64,000 nucleotides of DNA from the NCBI GenBank assembly GCA_035648715.1, contig DASRLA010000007.1, positions 6,445 to 70,444 on the forward strand. The letters run 5' to 3'. Source of the stretch: Pseudolabrys sp. (lineage in GTDB: Bacteria > Pseudomonadota > Alphaproteobacteria > Rhizobiales > Xanthobacteraceae). The position numbers were made by a program, and so were the translations under genes. The notes below the pieces were generated by a model. It had not been told where the DNA came from, searched no databases, and saw only the letters and a list, made by a program, of their open reading frames with translations. Each line of letters starts with the position of its first letter. The first letter of the stretch is position 1. This document shows positions 53,511 to 63,159 of this stretch, one piece after another.

Positions 53511-55895
53511 ATGGCGAAACGCCGCAAGACTCTGAAAGCGAAACCACGCGTTATCAAAAAGAAACCGCGCGGCACGGCGCGCAAAACACCGTTCCAACTT
53601 GAAGAAGCGACCATCGACGATCTTCACCGCGCGATTCAATCGGGTCAGACGACGCTGGTTAAGGTCGTGCGGCGCTATATCGATCGCGTGCGCCACTATA
53701 ACGGCGTCGCCAGCGTGCTGGTGACGGAAGACGGCAAGGCCATTGCGCCAATAAAAGGCACGGTGCGCGGCGGCGCGCCGCTGCGATTTTCGGCCGAAAC
53801 GGTCAAGGCATCCGACGTCCTACCAGATCTCGACAAATACCAAGGGCCGCCGCTTGAATTCGGCCGCATGGAGGCGACCGCCTCCGATCCGGACGTGCAG
53901 CAGCAATTCGGCATGATCGCCGGCATTCCGAACGGCACGCAGTTGAACGCGCTGGCGACGCTGAATATCCGCGGCGAACGCTCGGTCGTCTGCCGCGGCG
54001 ACTATGACCGCCACCCGTCGGAGGGGCCGCTGCCGGAAGGCGCGCCGGCGGTGTGCGAGATCCTGCGGCGCATGCCGGACGCGCTCGAGCGCGCGACCGA
54101 ACTCGACCGGAAATACGGGCGCAAGCCGGACCTGAAGAAGATGCCGATGTACGGAGTCGTGTTCTCGTTCAAGGACCCGTTCGACACCAGGGACATGCGC
54201 TCGACCGGCGGCGGCGACGCGCGCTACGACGCCGACTTCCCGGCGCGCGACCATGTGCTGGTCGAGCAGTTGCGCGACAAGGGCGCCATCATTTTCGCCA
54301 AGGCGGTGAACACGGAATATAACGGCCGCCCGGAAGCGCCGGCGGTCGCAGGCGGCTCGAAGCCGGACAAGGTGCTGCCCTCGGTCCTGGGCTATCAGCG
54401 CAGTACCTGGGCCGGTAATCCGGCCAATCCTTACGACACCACGCGCGCGGCCTCGCTCGGATCGAGCTCGGGTTCCGGCGTGTCGGTGAGCGCCAATCTG
54501 GTGATGTGCAGCCTGGGCGAGGAAACGCGCGCGTCGTGCCGCGGGCCGTCCAACCATAACAGCGTGGCGCTGATCCTCCCGCACAAGGCGATGCTCGGCT
54601 TCAACGGCGGCGCCATCGGCGCCGATATTTATGTCGATCGCACCGGTATTCTCGCCCGCCGCGTCGGCGACGCCGCCAAGGTGCTCGATGCGTTGAAGGA
54701 CGTGGACAAGGGCTATTACGACGAGCGCGATCCCTACACCACGGTGCCGCGCTCCTCCGTACTGGGAACCGCCTACGCCAGCCACACGCAGAAAGGCGCA
54801 AGCCTGCATTCGCTGAAAGGTTTGCGCATCGGCGTCATCCGCGAATCGATGACGGTGCCGAAGGGTTCAATGACGGAAGTGCCGATCGTCACGGCGGCGG
54901 CAAAGGAAATCAAGACCGTCCTCGGCGGCCAACTGGGCGCGACTTTGGTCGAGTCGTCGCATCCCTTGTGGAAGCGCGATACGAGCGTCGAATTGATGAA
55001 AGTCGATTTCACGCGCGCGCTGTCCCGGCTGGCGCCGGTGCTGATGCCCGATCTGTTTTTCCGGCTAAACGTGGATGGCACGCCGCTGTTTCCCGATTTC
55101 GCGGCGGCGATCGAACCGACCGAATTCACGCCCGGCAAGGTCTTCGGGAGCGGCAGGATGAAGCCGATCGATTATTTCGTCGAACTGGTGGATGGGCGCA
55201 TCGCGCCGCCGTCGAATTTCGATCTCGGCGCCGTGCAGCAACAGGCGATGGCGCCGGCCTACAAATTTCACATCAACCAGTATCTGTCGCGCCGCGCCGC
55301 CGGCTGGAAGGCCAAAGGCATCGCCGAGACGCTCACGAACTTCACCGAGCTCAACAAGCGCTCCAAATTCTGGGGCGACGACCAGCGCGCCGAATTCGAG
55401 AACTGGGACCGCATGACCGACATGCGCAATACGCTCGGCGAACGGCAGGGCGTCAACGAGCGGATCATGCTGCGCGAATTGCTGCGCCGGGTCGACATGA
55501 TGGTGATCCTCGAAAACAGGCTCGACGCGCTGGTGCGCCTGCACACGCCGTTCCCGCCCGGCATTATCGGCGGCGCCGGGCAATATCATTTGCGCAACAA
55601 TCTGACCATGGAATCGCTAAGCGGCCCGAACGCCGGCCTCACCGAGGTGCTGATCCCGGCCGGCTACGTGGACACTGCCTACGATCCGATTCTAACACTC
55701 AACGCCGGCGGAACGGCTTACGTGTCGAAGGGCTCGGACCGGCCGACGAAACTCAAAGCCCCCGGGCTGCCGTTTTCGCTCGTCTTCCGCGCCGAGCCGG
55801 GCAAGGAGGACGTGATCCTTGAGATCGCGGCGGCTTATGAGGCGGCCTCGAAACGGCGCGTTCCGCCGCCGGATTTCGGGCCTCTCAAGGGCTAG
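53511..55895 (+). CDS. amidase signature family protein (large)
   Basis: FSFKD (catalytic Lys), GSSSGSG, GEETRASCRGP; Lys/Arg-rich N-terminus. Confidence 0.85.
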   Translation: MAKRRKTLKAKPRVIKKKPRGTARKTPFQLEEATIDDLHRAIQSGQTTLVKVVRRYIDRVRHYNGVASVLVTEDGKAIAPIKGTVRGGAPLRFSAETVKASDVLPDLDKYQGPPLEFGRMEATASDPDVQQQFGMIAGIPNGTQLNALATLNIRGERSVVCRGDYDRHPSEGPLPEGAPAVCEILRRMPDALERATELDRKYGRKPDLKKMPMYGVVFSFKDPFDTRDMRSTGGGDARYDADFPARDHVLVEQLRDKGAIIFAKAVNTEYNGRPEAPAVAGGSKPDKVLPSVLGYQRSTWAGNPANPYDTTRAASLGSSSGSGVSVSANLVMCSLGEETRASCRGPSNHNSVALILPHKAMLGFNGGAIGADIYVDRTGILARRVGDAAKVLDALKDVDKGYYDERDPYTTVPRSSVLGTAYASHTQKGASLHSLKGLRIGVIRESMTVPKGSMTEVPIVTAAAKEIKTVLGGQLGATLVESSHPLWKRDTSVELMKVDFTRALSRLAPVLMPDLFFRLNVDGTPLFPDFAAAIEPTEFTPGKVFGSGRMKPIDYFVELVDGRIAPPSNFDLGAVQQQAMAPAYKFHINQYLSRRAAGWKAKGIAETLTNFTELNKRSKFWGDDQRAEFENWDRMTDMRNTLGERQGVNERIMLRELLRRVDMMVILENRLDALVRLHTPFPPGIIGGAGQYHLRNNLTMESLSGPNAGLTEVLIPAGYVDTAYDPILTLNAGGTAYVSKGSDRPTKLKAPGLPFSLVFRAEPGKEDVILEIAAAYEAASKRRVPPPDFGPLKG

Positions 55896-55951
55896 GGAAA
55901 ACGGCGTCACAGGCCTTGGTTTCGCAGGGGCGGTGGATTATTCGTAAGGCC

Positions 55952-56644
55952 ATGGAAACCCACTTCCTCGACAAACGCACCATCGCCGAGCTAACCGCGC
56001 GCATGTATCTCGACTGCGGCGCGGTGCGCTTCATGACCGACAAGCCGTATATTTTCACCAGCGGCTGGGCGAGCCCGGTTTATAACGACTCGCGCTGGCT
56101 GATCTCGTTTCCCGACGTGCGCGCGGCCATCATGGGCTACATGGTGCACGCCATCGATCGCGACATCGGGCGCACCAATATCGACGCGGTGGCGGGCGGC
56201 GAAACCGCCGGCATTGCCTTTGCCGCCTGGGTCGCCGACCGGCTGCATCTGCCGATGCAATATGTGCGCAAGAAGCCGAAGGGTTTCGGGCGCGGCGCGC
56301 AGATCGAGGGGCAACTCATTCCCGGCCAGCGCGTGCTGCTGGTGGAGGACCTCGCCACCGACGGGCGCAGCAAGGTTAATTTCGTCAAGGCGATCCGCGA
56401 CGCCGACGGCCAATGCGAGCACTGCTTCGTGATTTTTTTCTACGACATTTATAAAGAGGGCCAAAAGATATTGGCCGATCTCGGCGTCACCTTGCATTCG
56501 CTGACGACCTGGCGCGACCTGCTGCGTGTGGCCAAGACCATGGACAAATTCGAGCCGAAGATGCTGGCTGAGGTGGAGAAGTTCATCGACGACCCGGCCG
56601 GCTGGTCGAAGGCGCATGGCGGAGTGGCGACCACGGCGGAGTAA
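55952..56644 (+). CDS. pyrE: orotate phosphoribosyltransferase
   Basis: FTSGWASPVY, GGETAGI, YVRKKPKGFG, LLVEDLATDG. Confidence 0.95.
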   Translation: METHFLDKRTIAELTARMYLDCGAVRFMTDKPYIFTSGWASPVYNDSRWLISFPDVRAAIMGYMVHAIDRDIGRTNIDAVAGGETAGIAFAAWVADRLHLPMQYVRKKPKGFGRGAQIEGQLIPGQRVLLVEDLATDGRSKVNFVKAIRDADGQCEHCFVIFFYDIYKEGQKILADLGVTLHSLTTWRDLLRVAKTMDKFEPKMLAEVEKFIDDPAGWSKAHGGVATTAE

Positions 56645-56650
56645 TTTCTT

Positions 56651-56838
56651 CCTTCACCTCTCCCATAGGGAGAAGTCACCCGCCGAAGCATTAGCGAAGG
56701 CGGGCGGGTGAGGGGTTAAGGTCACGATAGATTTAGATCCCCTCACCCAACCCTCTCCCCATCCAAAGTCGGATATATCCGACTTTGGCATTTTGAATGC
56801 CCAACTCGGGTAAACCCGAGTTGGGTTGGGAGAGGGAG
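56651..56838. repeat. CCCTC-family REP pair with nested extra hairpins
   Basis: CCTCTCCC...GGGTGAGGGG / CCCCTCACCCAACCCTCTCCC...GGGAGAGGG enclosing the hairpins CCAAAGTCGGATATATCCGACTTTGG and CCCAACTCGGGTAAACCCGAGTTGGG. Confidence 0.75.
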
Positions 56839-56861
56839 CGCACCGAATTTCGCGCTACGAC

Positions 56862-57359
56862 TTACGTTTGACCGGTTAGTTTCTGCTTTATCCTTACCAC
56901 CGCCAAATCCAGCGCCGACAAGAATCGCGACACGTCCTGCCGCGACAAAGGCGGCGGGCCGCGCGTGACGGCGCCGGCGCTGCGCAAATCCGTCATCAGG
57001 TCGCGGGTCGCTAGCGCCATGCCGATCGAATTATTGTCGAACACTTTGCCGGTCGGCGACAGCACGCTCGCGCCGTTCTTCACGCAACGGCCGGCGAGCG
57101 GAATGTCGTTGGTGATAACGATGTCGGTTGCGGTAGCGCGGTCGGCGATCCAGCCATCAGCGACGTCAGGGCCTTCCGGCACGATCACGCGCTCGATCAG
57201 CTCGCTGCGCGGAACGTTCATGTAGGAATTGGCCACCACGAAGACCTTGAGGCTGTAGCGCTCGGCCACCCGGTACACCTCGTTCTTGACCGGGCAAGCG
57301 TCGGCATCGACGAAGATGCGGATCGCGGGTGGCCGGGGGTCTTCCAAGGCTTCGGTCAT
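56862..57359 (-). CDS. YaiI/YqxD (DUF188) family protein
   Basis: IFVDADACPVK, DVADGWI, IVITNDIPLA. Confidence 0.9.
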   Translation of the reverse strand: MTEALEDPRPPAIRIFVDADACPVKNEVYRVAERYSLKVFVVANSYMNVPRSELIERVIVPEGPDVADGWIADRATATDIVITNDIPLAGRCVKNGASVLSPTGKVFDNNSIGMALATRDLMTDLRSAGAVTRGPPPLSRQDVSRFLSALDLAVVRIKQKLTGQT

Positions 57360-57393
57360 CGTGGTCCAATTGGACTAATTCAGGGGGGCATCA

Positions 57394-57894
57394 ATGGCCA
57401 AAAAGACCAACAAGACAAGGAAGAAGACGGTCAAGAAAACACAGCCGCGCAAGGCGGCCAACCGCAAAGCCAATGCGCGGCGCGCAGTGAGCGCCAAAAC
57501 GCGCGTCAAGAAGCCGAAGCAAAAATTTCACGTCAGCCACCATAACGAGGCCGACTTTGACCAGGGCCTGCGCACATATGCCAAGTATCGCGACCTCGGG
57601 CTGGCGCCCGCGACCGGCGGCATGGTGCAGGCCCACGTCATCCGTTTCATTCCGCCCTACCGGCCGGAAGAAGTTTCGACGCCGCATTTCCACGACGTCG
57701 ACCTGCAAATGATCTACGTGCTCAAAGGCTGGTACAAGACCGAATTCGAGGGCGAAGGCGTGCATACCTTTCACACCGGCGCGTGCTGGCTGCAACCGCC
57801 TAAGATCAAGCACACCGTGCTCGGCTATTCCGACGATTGCGAATTGCTCGAAATCGTCCTGCCGGCGGAATTCAAGACGGTGACTTTGAAATAA
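57394..57894 (+). CDS. cupin domain protein with a basic N-terminal tail
   Basis: PHFHDVDLQMIYVLKGW, QPPKIKH cupin motifs. Confidence 0.85.
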   Translation: MAKKTNKTRKKTVKKTQPRKAANRKANARRAVSAKTRVKKPKQKFHVSHHNEADFDQGLRTYAKYRDLGLAPATGGMVQAHVIRFIPPYRPEEVSTPHFHDVDLQMIYVLKGWYKTEFEGEGVHTFHTGACWLQPPKIKHTVLGYSDDCELLEIVLPAEFKTVTLK

Positions 57895-57896
57895 CG

Positions 57897-58952
57897 CTAA
57901 ATAAATTTCTGCGCCAGCAAAAATCCCGTCACCAGCGCGAACATCACCGCCGTGGACGCCACCACGGTCGCGACATGCCGCCAGCCGAGCGAGACGATAG
58001 CCGATACCGACGTATCGAGCCCGAGCGCGCCGATGGCGATTAAAAGTCCCCAGGTGGAGGCCTCGACCAGCCCGTGCTTGACGGGCACGAATGCAAAAGA
58101 GGCCTGCGGCGCCAGCAGCATCGCGCTATTGATGAAGCACAACGCGAGAAAGACCAGCGCGAAGCCCGGCACCGGCACGCGCGCCGCGCCATGTTCGACG
58201 CCCCGTTTGGTGAAATACCAGCCGATGCCGAGCACCACCGGCAGCAGCAGGAACACGCGAAACAGTTTGACGATCACCGCCGTGTTGCCAGCAGTATCGG
58301 AGACGGCGTAGCCGGCGCCGACGACCTGCGCGACGTCGTGAATGGTGCCGCCGAGCATGACGCCGGTCGCCTGCGCGTCGAAGCCGAGCAGGATGCAGAG
58401 CGGCGGATAAACGATCATGGCGAGCGTGGCGAGCGCGTTGACCGCCACGACGACAAAGGCGATGTCCGCCGCCTTGCCGGGATATTCCGGCACCACGGTC
58501 GAGGTGGCGAGCGTGGCGGAAGCGCCGCATACCGCGGTCGCCGCGCCGACCAACGCGCCGAAGCCGGCCGAGCGGCCGCTTAGCCGCGCGAACAGAAAGC
58601 CGGACAATAGCGTCACCATCATCGCAATCACGATCATGACGCCGGTCGAAAGACCGAGCGCCTCGATGTCGGACAAGGCCACGCGCAGGCCGAGCAGCGC
58701 GACCGCCCAACGCAACACCGTGCGCACGCAGAAGGCCATGCCGGGCCGCACCAGAGCGCCGCCGGCGATCGGGTTGAGCGCGATGCCGATCACCAGCGCC
58801 AGCACCATCGCCGGGATCGGCACGTAGCGGCCGACATAGGGCGCGGCGAGATAAGCCACGACTGCCACCGACGCCGACAGGATTACGCCGGGCGCGAGGT
58901 CGGTCAGTTGGGCGGGAAACGGCCGGGTCGCTGGCTGGGGTTGTGTGGCCAC
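57897..58952 (-). CDS. YeiH / putative sulfate exporter family membrane protein
   Basis: LRWAVALLG, VCGASA, GGTIHDVAQVVGAG, VKLFRV; GTG start inferred. Confidence 0.88.
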   Translation of the reverse strand: MATQPQPATRPFPAQLTDLAPGVILSASVAVVAYLAAPYVGRYVPIPAMVLALVIGIALNPIAGGALVRPGMAFCVRTVLRWAVALLGLRVALSDIEALGLSTGVMIVIAMMVTLLSGFLFARLSGRSAGFGALVGAATAVCGASATLATSTVVPEYPGKAADIAFVVVAVNALATLAMIVYPPLCILLGFDAQATGVMLGGTIHDVAQVVGAGYAVSDTAGNTAVIVKLFRVFLLLPVVLGIGWYFTKRGVEHGAARVPVPGFALVFLALCFINSAMLLAPQASFAFVPVKHGLVEASTWGLLIAIGALGLDTSVSAIVSLGWRHVATVVASTAVMFALVTGFLLAQKFI

Positions 58953-59185
58953 GGCATGTCCATAAACGCGGCGGGTGGGCGGCGCAACCGCGCGGGCGTC
59001 GCAACGCCGCAAGGACAACGGAGAGCGAGTGTTAGTGAAAGTGGGCCGACGGAGTGGGCAGGCCCGCATCGCGGCTCACCGGCAAATGGTTTGCCTGCCG
59101 GATTTATTCGGCGCTAGCCTTGCGGCCGACCGCCAGGAAAGCAAACGATTGGCGACGTCCAACAAACTCAATCGGGGGAAACACC

Positions 59186-60613
59186 ATGCCCAAAGACAAA
59201 AGACCGGGATCGATCGACCGCCGCGCCTTGCTGGCCGGCACCGGTGCGCTCGGCGCCGCCAGCATGATCGGTAGCGAAGCTTTCGCGCAGACAGGCGCCT
59301 CGTCCGGCGCGCTGCCGGCGCGCGGTGAATTCGTGGTGCGCGGCGCGCATGTGCTGTCGATGGACGATAAGATCGGCGATCTGCCGTCCGGCGACGTGCA
59401 CGTGCGCAACGGCGCCATCGTCGCGGTGGCGGCCAACATCAAGGCGCCGGGCGCGCAAGTTATCGACGGCAAGGGCATGATCTGCATGCCCGGCTTTGTC
59501 GACACGCATTGGCATCACTGGACGACTTTCCTGCGGCCGGCGATGCGCACCGACGATCCGAAGAAAACCTATTTTCCGGTCACCATCGCGCTCGGCGTTC
59601 ACTACACGCCGGAAGACAGCTATCGCAGCGTGCGGCTCGGCATCGCCGAGGCGCTCAGCGCCGGCATCACCACCACGCATAACTGGGCGCATAACGTGCG
59701 GAGCCCGGCGCACGCCGACGCCGAGGTGAAGGCGATGCGCGACTGCGGCATTCGCGGTCGCTTCGCCTATGGCCCTGCCCAAGGCATGCCCGCCGACAAG
59801 CCCATGGATATCGCCGACTGGGCGCGGCTAAAGAAAGACATGGCCAAGGATGAGATGATCTCGCTCGGCATCTGCTCGCGCAACGTCGACAACAGCAATG
59901 CGTCGCGCGGCGGTATCAACGGCGACATGGCTAAAAAAGAATGGGGCGCCGCGCGCGACCTTGGCTTGCCGATCACGCTGCACACAAACGGCAGCGCCAA
60001 TGTGCGGTTTCTCGCCGAGAACGACCTGCTCGGGCCCGACGTGCAACTGGTGCATCCGTTGAACCTCGCCGCCGACGATTTCGCCATGCTGGCCAAGCAT
60101 GGCGTGCATTACAGCATCGCGCCTTTGGGCGAAGCCGGGCGCACCGGCGAGACGCAGTTGTCCGAACTGCTGCAAGCCGACGTCAAGGTCAGCATTTCAA
60201 TTGACAATGTAACGGCGGAGCGCTGCGACTGCTTCGACTGCATGCACATGCTGCAAACGCTCAACCGGCACCGCAACGCCGGCAAATTCAAACTGACCAC
60301 CAAGCGGCTGGTGCAGATGGCGACGATCGACGGCGCCATCGATCTCGGCATCGAGGCCAAGACCGGCTCGCTGACGCCGGGCAAGCGCGCCGACCTCATC
60401 CTGGTCAGGACCGATACGCCGAACATGACCGGCAGCGGCGACGCTTACGACGCGCTGGTGCAACTGGCGCAGCCGAGCAATGTCGACACCGTGGTGGCCG
60501 ACGGCCGCATCTTGCGGCGCAACGGCAAGTTCACCGCGCTCGATTACGGCAAGGTGCTGCGCGAGGCGAACGCCGCGCTCGAGGCGCTCAAGGCGCGCGC
60601 CAAGTGGGCGTGA
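59186..60613 (+). CDS. metal-dependent amidohydrolase with Tat signal
   Basis: IDRRALL Tat motif; MPGFVDTHWH, TLH, LVH, SID, GSLTPGKRADL. Confidence 0.9.
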   Translation: MPKDKRPGSIDRRALLAGTGALGAASMIGSEAFAQTGASSGALPARGEFVVRGAHVLSMDDKIGDLPSGDVHVRNGAIVAVAANIKAPGAQVIDGKGMICMPGFVDTHWHHWTTFLRPAMRTDDPKKTYFPVTIALGVHYTPEDSYRSVRLGIAEALSAGITTTHNWAHNVRSPAHADAEVKAMRDCGIRGRFAYGPAQGMPADKPMDIADWARLKKDMAKDEMISLGICSRNVDNSNASRGGINGDMAKKEWGAARDLGLPITLHTNGSANVRFLAENDLLGPDVQLVHPLNLAADDFAMLAKHGVHYSIAPLGEAGRTGETQLSELLQADVKVSISIDNVTAERCDCFDCMHMLQTLNRHRNAGKFKLTTKRLVQMATIDGAIDLGIEAKTGSLTPGKRADLILVRTDTPNMTGSGDAYDALVQLAQPSNVDTVVADGRILRRNGKFTALDYGKVLREANAALEALKARAKWA

Positions 60614-60634
60614 TCGGCTGCACGAAGTTGTGAG

Positions 60635-60720
60635 GATTAGGGTGAGGGGTTTTGAACGTCGATAGTTTGTGACCCCTCACCCGCCTCGCTTCGTTCGGCG
60701 GCCTCTCCCTTCAGGGGGAT
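60635..60720. repeat. degenerate CCCTC-family repeat
   Basis: GGGTGAGGGG...CCCCTCACCCGCCTCGCTTCG...CCTCTCCC. Confidence 0.55.
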
Positions 60721-60734
60721 GTGAAGAAAGTGCC

Positions 60735-61349
60735 TTACTTCTTCGCACCCATCCCCTGCATGAAGCGCGCGCGGATCTGCACCGGGTCGCGGTCGGTCTT
60801 GCCGACGCCGGGCTCGCCGTCGATGCGCGCGGCGATCAGCGTCGGCCCGCCACTTTTGAGCGCTTGCGCGAACATGCGGTCGAACTCGTCTTCATCGGCG
60901 GCCCAGTTGCTGTTGGCAAGGCCGGAGGCGCGCGCGATCGCCACCAGATCGGCGGTTGCCGCGCTCGCCGTCGGTTGCGAGCCAGTGATCTGATAGATGC
61001 CGTTGTCCCATAACACGATGGTAAGATTTTTCGGCGCCTGCACTGCGACGGTGGCGAGACAGCCAAGTTGCATCAACAGCGAGCCGTCGCCTTCGAGCGC
61101 GACCACGTGACGCTTGGGCTGCGCGATGGCGACGCCGAGCGCGATCGGGATCGCCAGGCCCATGCTGCCGAGCATGTAGAAATTCTGCGCGCGCTGGCCG
61201 GTCTCCCACAGATCGAAATTGGTGTTGCCGATGCCACCGATAACGGCTTCGTCCGCCTTGAGATGACCGACCAGCCGTTTGGTCAGCTCCAGCCGATTCA
61301 TCGTCTTGACGTTGTGCAGCCCGGCCGGTTTCGAATTGGTGTTGTTCAT
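60735..61349 (-). CDS. TPP-dependent decarboxylase beta subunit (ComE-like)
   Basis: NFYMLGSMG, EGDGSLLM, DNGIYQITGSQPT. Confidence 0.85.
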   Translation of the reverse strand: MNNTNSKPAGLHNVKTMNRLELTKRLVGHLKADEAVIGGIGNTNFDLWETGQRAQNFYMLGSMGLAIPIALGVAIAQPKRHVVALEGDGSLLMQLGCLATVAVQAPKNLTIVLWDNGIYQITGSQPTASAATADLVAIARASGLANSNWAADEDEFDRMFAQALKSGGPTLIAARIDGEPGVGKTDRDPVQIRARFMQGMGAKK

Positions 61350-61873
61350 TTCGAAAACACCTTTCCGCCGGTCAGCAGCGGCGACAGGATGAAGGTCACC
61401 GGCGCCTGCGTCGCGAAAGCCTGCTTGATCGAGCGTTCGAGAACGAATTCGAGTTCGTCGTGGCGGGTGATGGTGTGATTTTCAATTCCGAGGGAATCCA
61501 GCACCGGCCGCATGGTCTTGCACACCATCGCCTGACCGAGATTGAACTCGCCGAGCGTGCCGCGTTCGGACACGAACATCAGCGCCGGAATCTGCGACGG
61601 CACCACCAGAGAAGCGAGTGCGTTCGGCAAAGTTGCAAAGCCCGAGGTCTGCATCAGCACCGCCGACTTCATGCCGCCCATCCAGGCGCCGGAAACAATG
61701 CCGATGGCTTCTTCCTCGCGCGTAGCCGCGAACACGGTAAAGAACGAGTCGGCGTGCAGCGCCTTGATCAAAGGCGTCAACACGCGGTCGGGTACATAAA
61801 CTATGAGCTTGATGTCATTGGCCTTGAGTGTGGCCAGCACGATCTCGTGCCAGGATTTCGGCATGTCGGTCAT
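61346..61873 (-). CDS. TPP-dependent decarboxylase alpha subunit (ComD-like)
   Basis: YVPD, TREEEAIGIVSG, MQTSG; ATGA-coupled to the beta subunit. Confidence 0.85.
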   Translation of the reverse strand: MTDMPKSWHEIVLATLKANDIKLIVYVPDRVLTPLIKALHADSFFTVFAATREEEAIGIVSGAWMGGMKSAVLMQTSGFATLPNALASLVVPSQIPALMFVSERGTLGEFNLGQAMVCKTMRPVLDSLGIENHTITRHDELEFVLERSIKQAFATQAPVTFILSPLLTGGKVFSK

Positions 61874-62068
61874 CGGTTTGCGGCCACCCAAAGGAACAAG
61901 GAGATGTCGGTCGATTGTGGGGTCGAGTTTGAATTAGGTGAAAATTATCCGCCCAGGCTGGAGATACTGCCGCGTCAGCGCCATTGCTCCAGCAAACGCA
62001 AAAGCTTACCCTTATATTCCGTCCGGCACGAAACACAAAATAAGCCGGTTCCCTTGGAGGAAAGCACC

Positions 62069-63085
62069 ATGAGCACATCGGATAACAAGCCGGCGCTGTC
62101 GCGTCGCCGCATCATCAAAGCCGCCGGCGTGTTCGCCGCCGGCGTCGCCGCGCCTGGCATCTTTGGATTGAGATCGGCTTATGCCGCGTTCCCCGAACGC
62201 ACGGTCAAGATCGTGGTCGCCAACACGCCCGGCGGCCCGTCCGATCTGGTCGCCCGCATGGTGGCTGCGGCTATCCAGGAAAACTCCGGCAAGACCGTGA
62301 TCATCGAGAACCGGGGCGGTGCCGGCAGCAACATCGGCATGGGCTATGTCGCGCGCTCCGACGCCGACGGGTACACCTTCCTGCTCGCCACCAACGCCTT
62401 TTCGATCAACCCGACGCTCTACAAATCCATCCCGTACAATCCGACCAAGGACTATGTCGGCGTCAGCGAGCTTGCCAGTTCGCCGAACACCTTCGTGGTG
62501 CGCGCGGAACTGCCGGCGAAAACTATCAAGGAATTTGTCGAACTTGCCCGCAACTCGCCGGACAAGTTCAACGTCTCGACGCCGCCGATCGGCACATCGC
62601 CGCAGTTGCAGGCTTCCGTGCTGAAGTCGATTGAGAAATTGCCGAAGCTTGAAGAGGTCGTGTTCAAGGGCGGCGGCGACGCGCTGCAGGCACTTTTGTC
62701 GAAGACCGTTCAAATGAGCTCGGGCTCGCTGGCGCCAGCAGCGCCGCACATCAAGTCGGGCACCTTGCGCTGCCTCGCGGTTTCCGCCGAAACGCGCTGG
62801 CCGGATCTGCCGGATGTGCCCACGATGGAGGAAGCCGGTTACAAAGGCTTTTTGTTCCCGACCGACTGCTGCCTGCTGGCGCCGGCCAAGACGCCGCCTG
62901 AAGCCGTCAAGTGGATGGAAGCGGAATGCCTCAAGGCGCTGTCCACGCCACAGATGAAAGAGAAGCTGTATAAAGCTGGCTTCCAGGTGAAGGCGAAAGG
63001 CGCCGACGTGGCCTGGGCACGGGTCAATCATGAAATCACGATGTTCCGTGACATCATCAACCAGGCGGGCATCAAACAGCTCTAG
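62069..63085 (+). CDS. tripartite tricarboxylate transporter substrate-binding protein (Bug/TctC)
   Basis: Tat signal SRRRII; PGGPSDLVAR, ENRGGAG, DGYT, PDVPT. Confidence 0.92.
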   Translation: MSTSDNKPALSRRRIIKAAGVFAAGVAAPGIFGLRSAYAAFPERTVKIVVANTPGGPSDLVARMVAAAIQENSGKTVIIENRGGAGSNIGMGYVARSDADGYTFLLATNAFSINPTLYKSIPYNPTKDYVGVSELASSPNTFVVRAELPAKTIKEFVELARNSPDKFNVSTPPIGTSPQLQASVLKSIEKLPKLEEVVFKGGGDALQALLSKTVQMSSGSLAPAAPHIKSGTLRCLAVSAETRWPDLPDVPTMEEAGYKGFLFPTDCCLLAPAKTPPEAVKWMEAECLKALSTPQMKEKLYKAGFQVKAKGADVAWARVNHEITMFRDIINQAGIKQL

Positions 63086-63100
63086 CCTCTCATCGATTTC

Positions 63101-63130
63101 CCCGCCGTCATGGATCATGACGGCGGGTTT
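63101..63130 (+). terminator. possible terminator hairpin
   Basis: CCCGCCGTCATG-GAT-CATGACGGCGGG followed by TTTATTT. Confidence 0.6.
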
Positions 63131-63159
63131 ATTTGTGTCCCGATAAGCGAATCCCGCCC

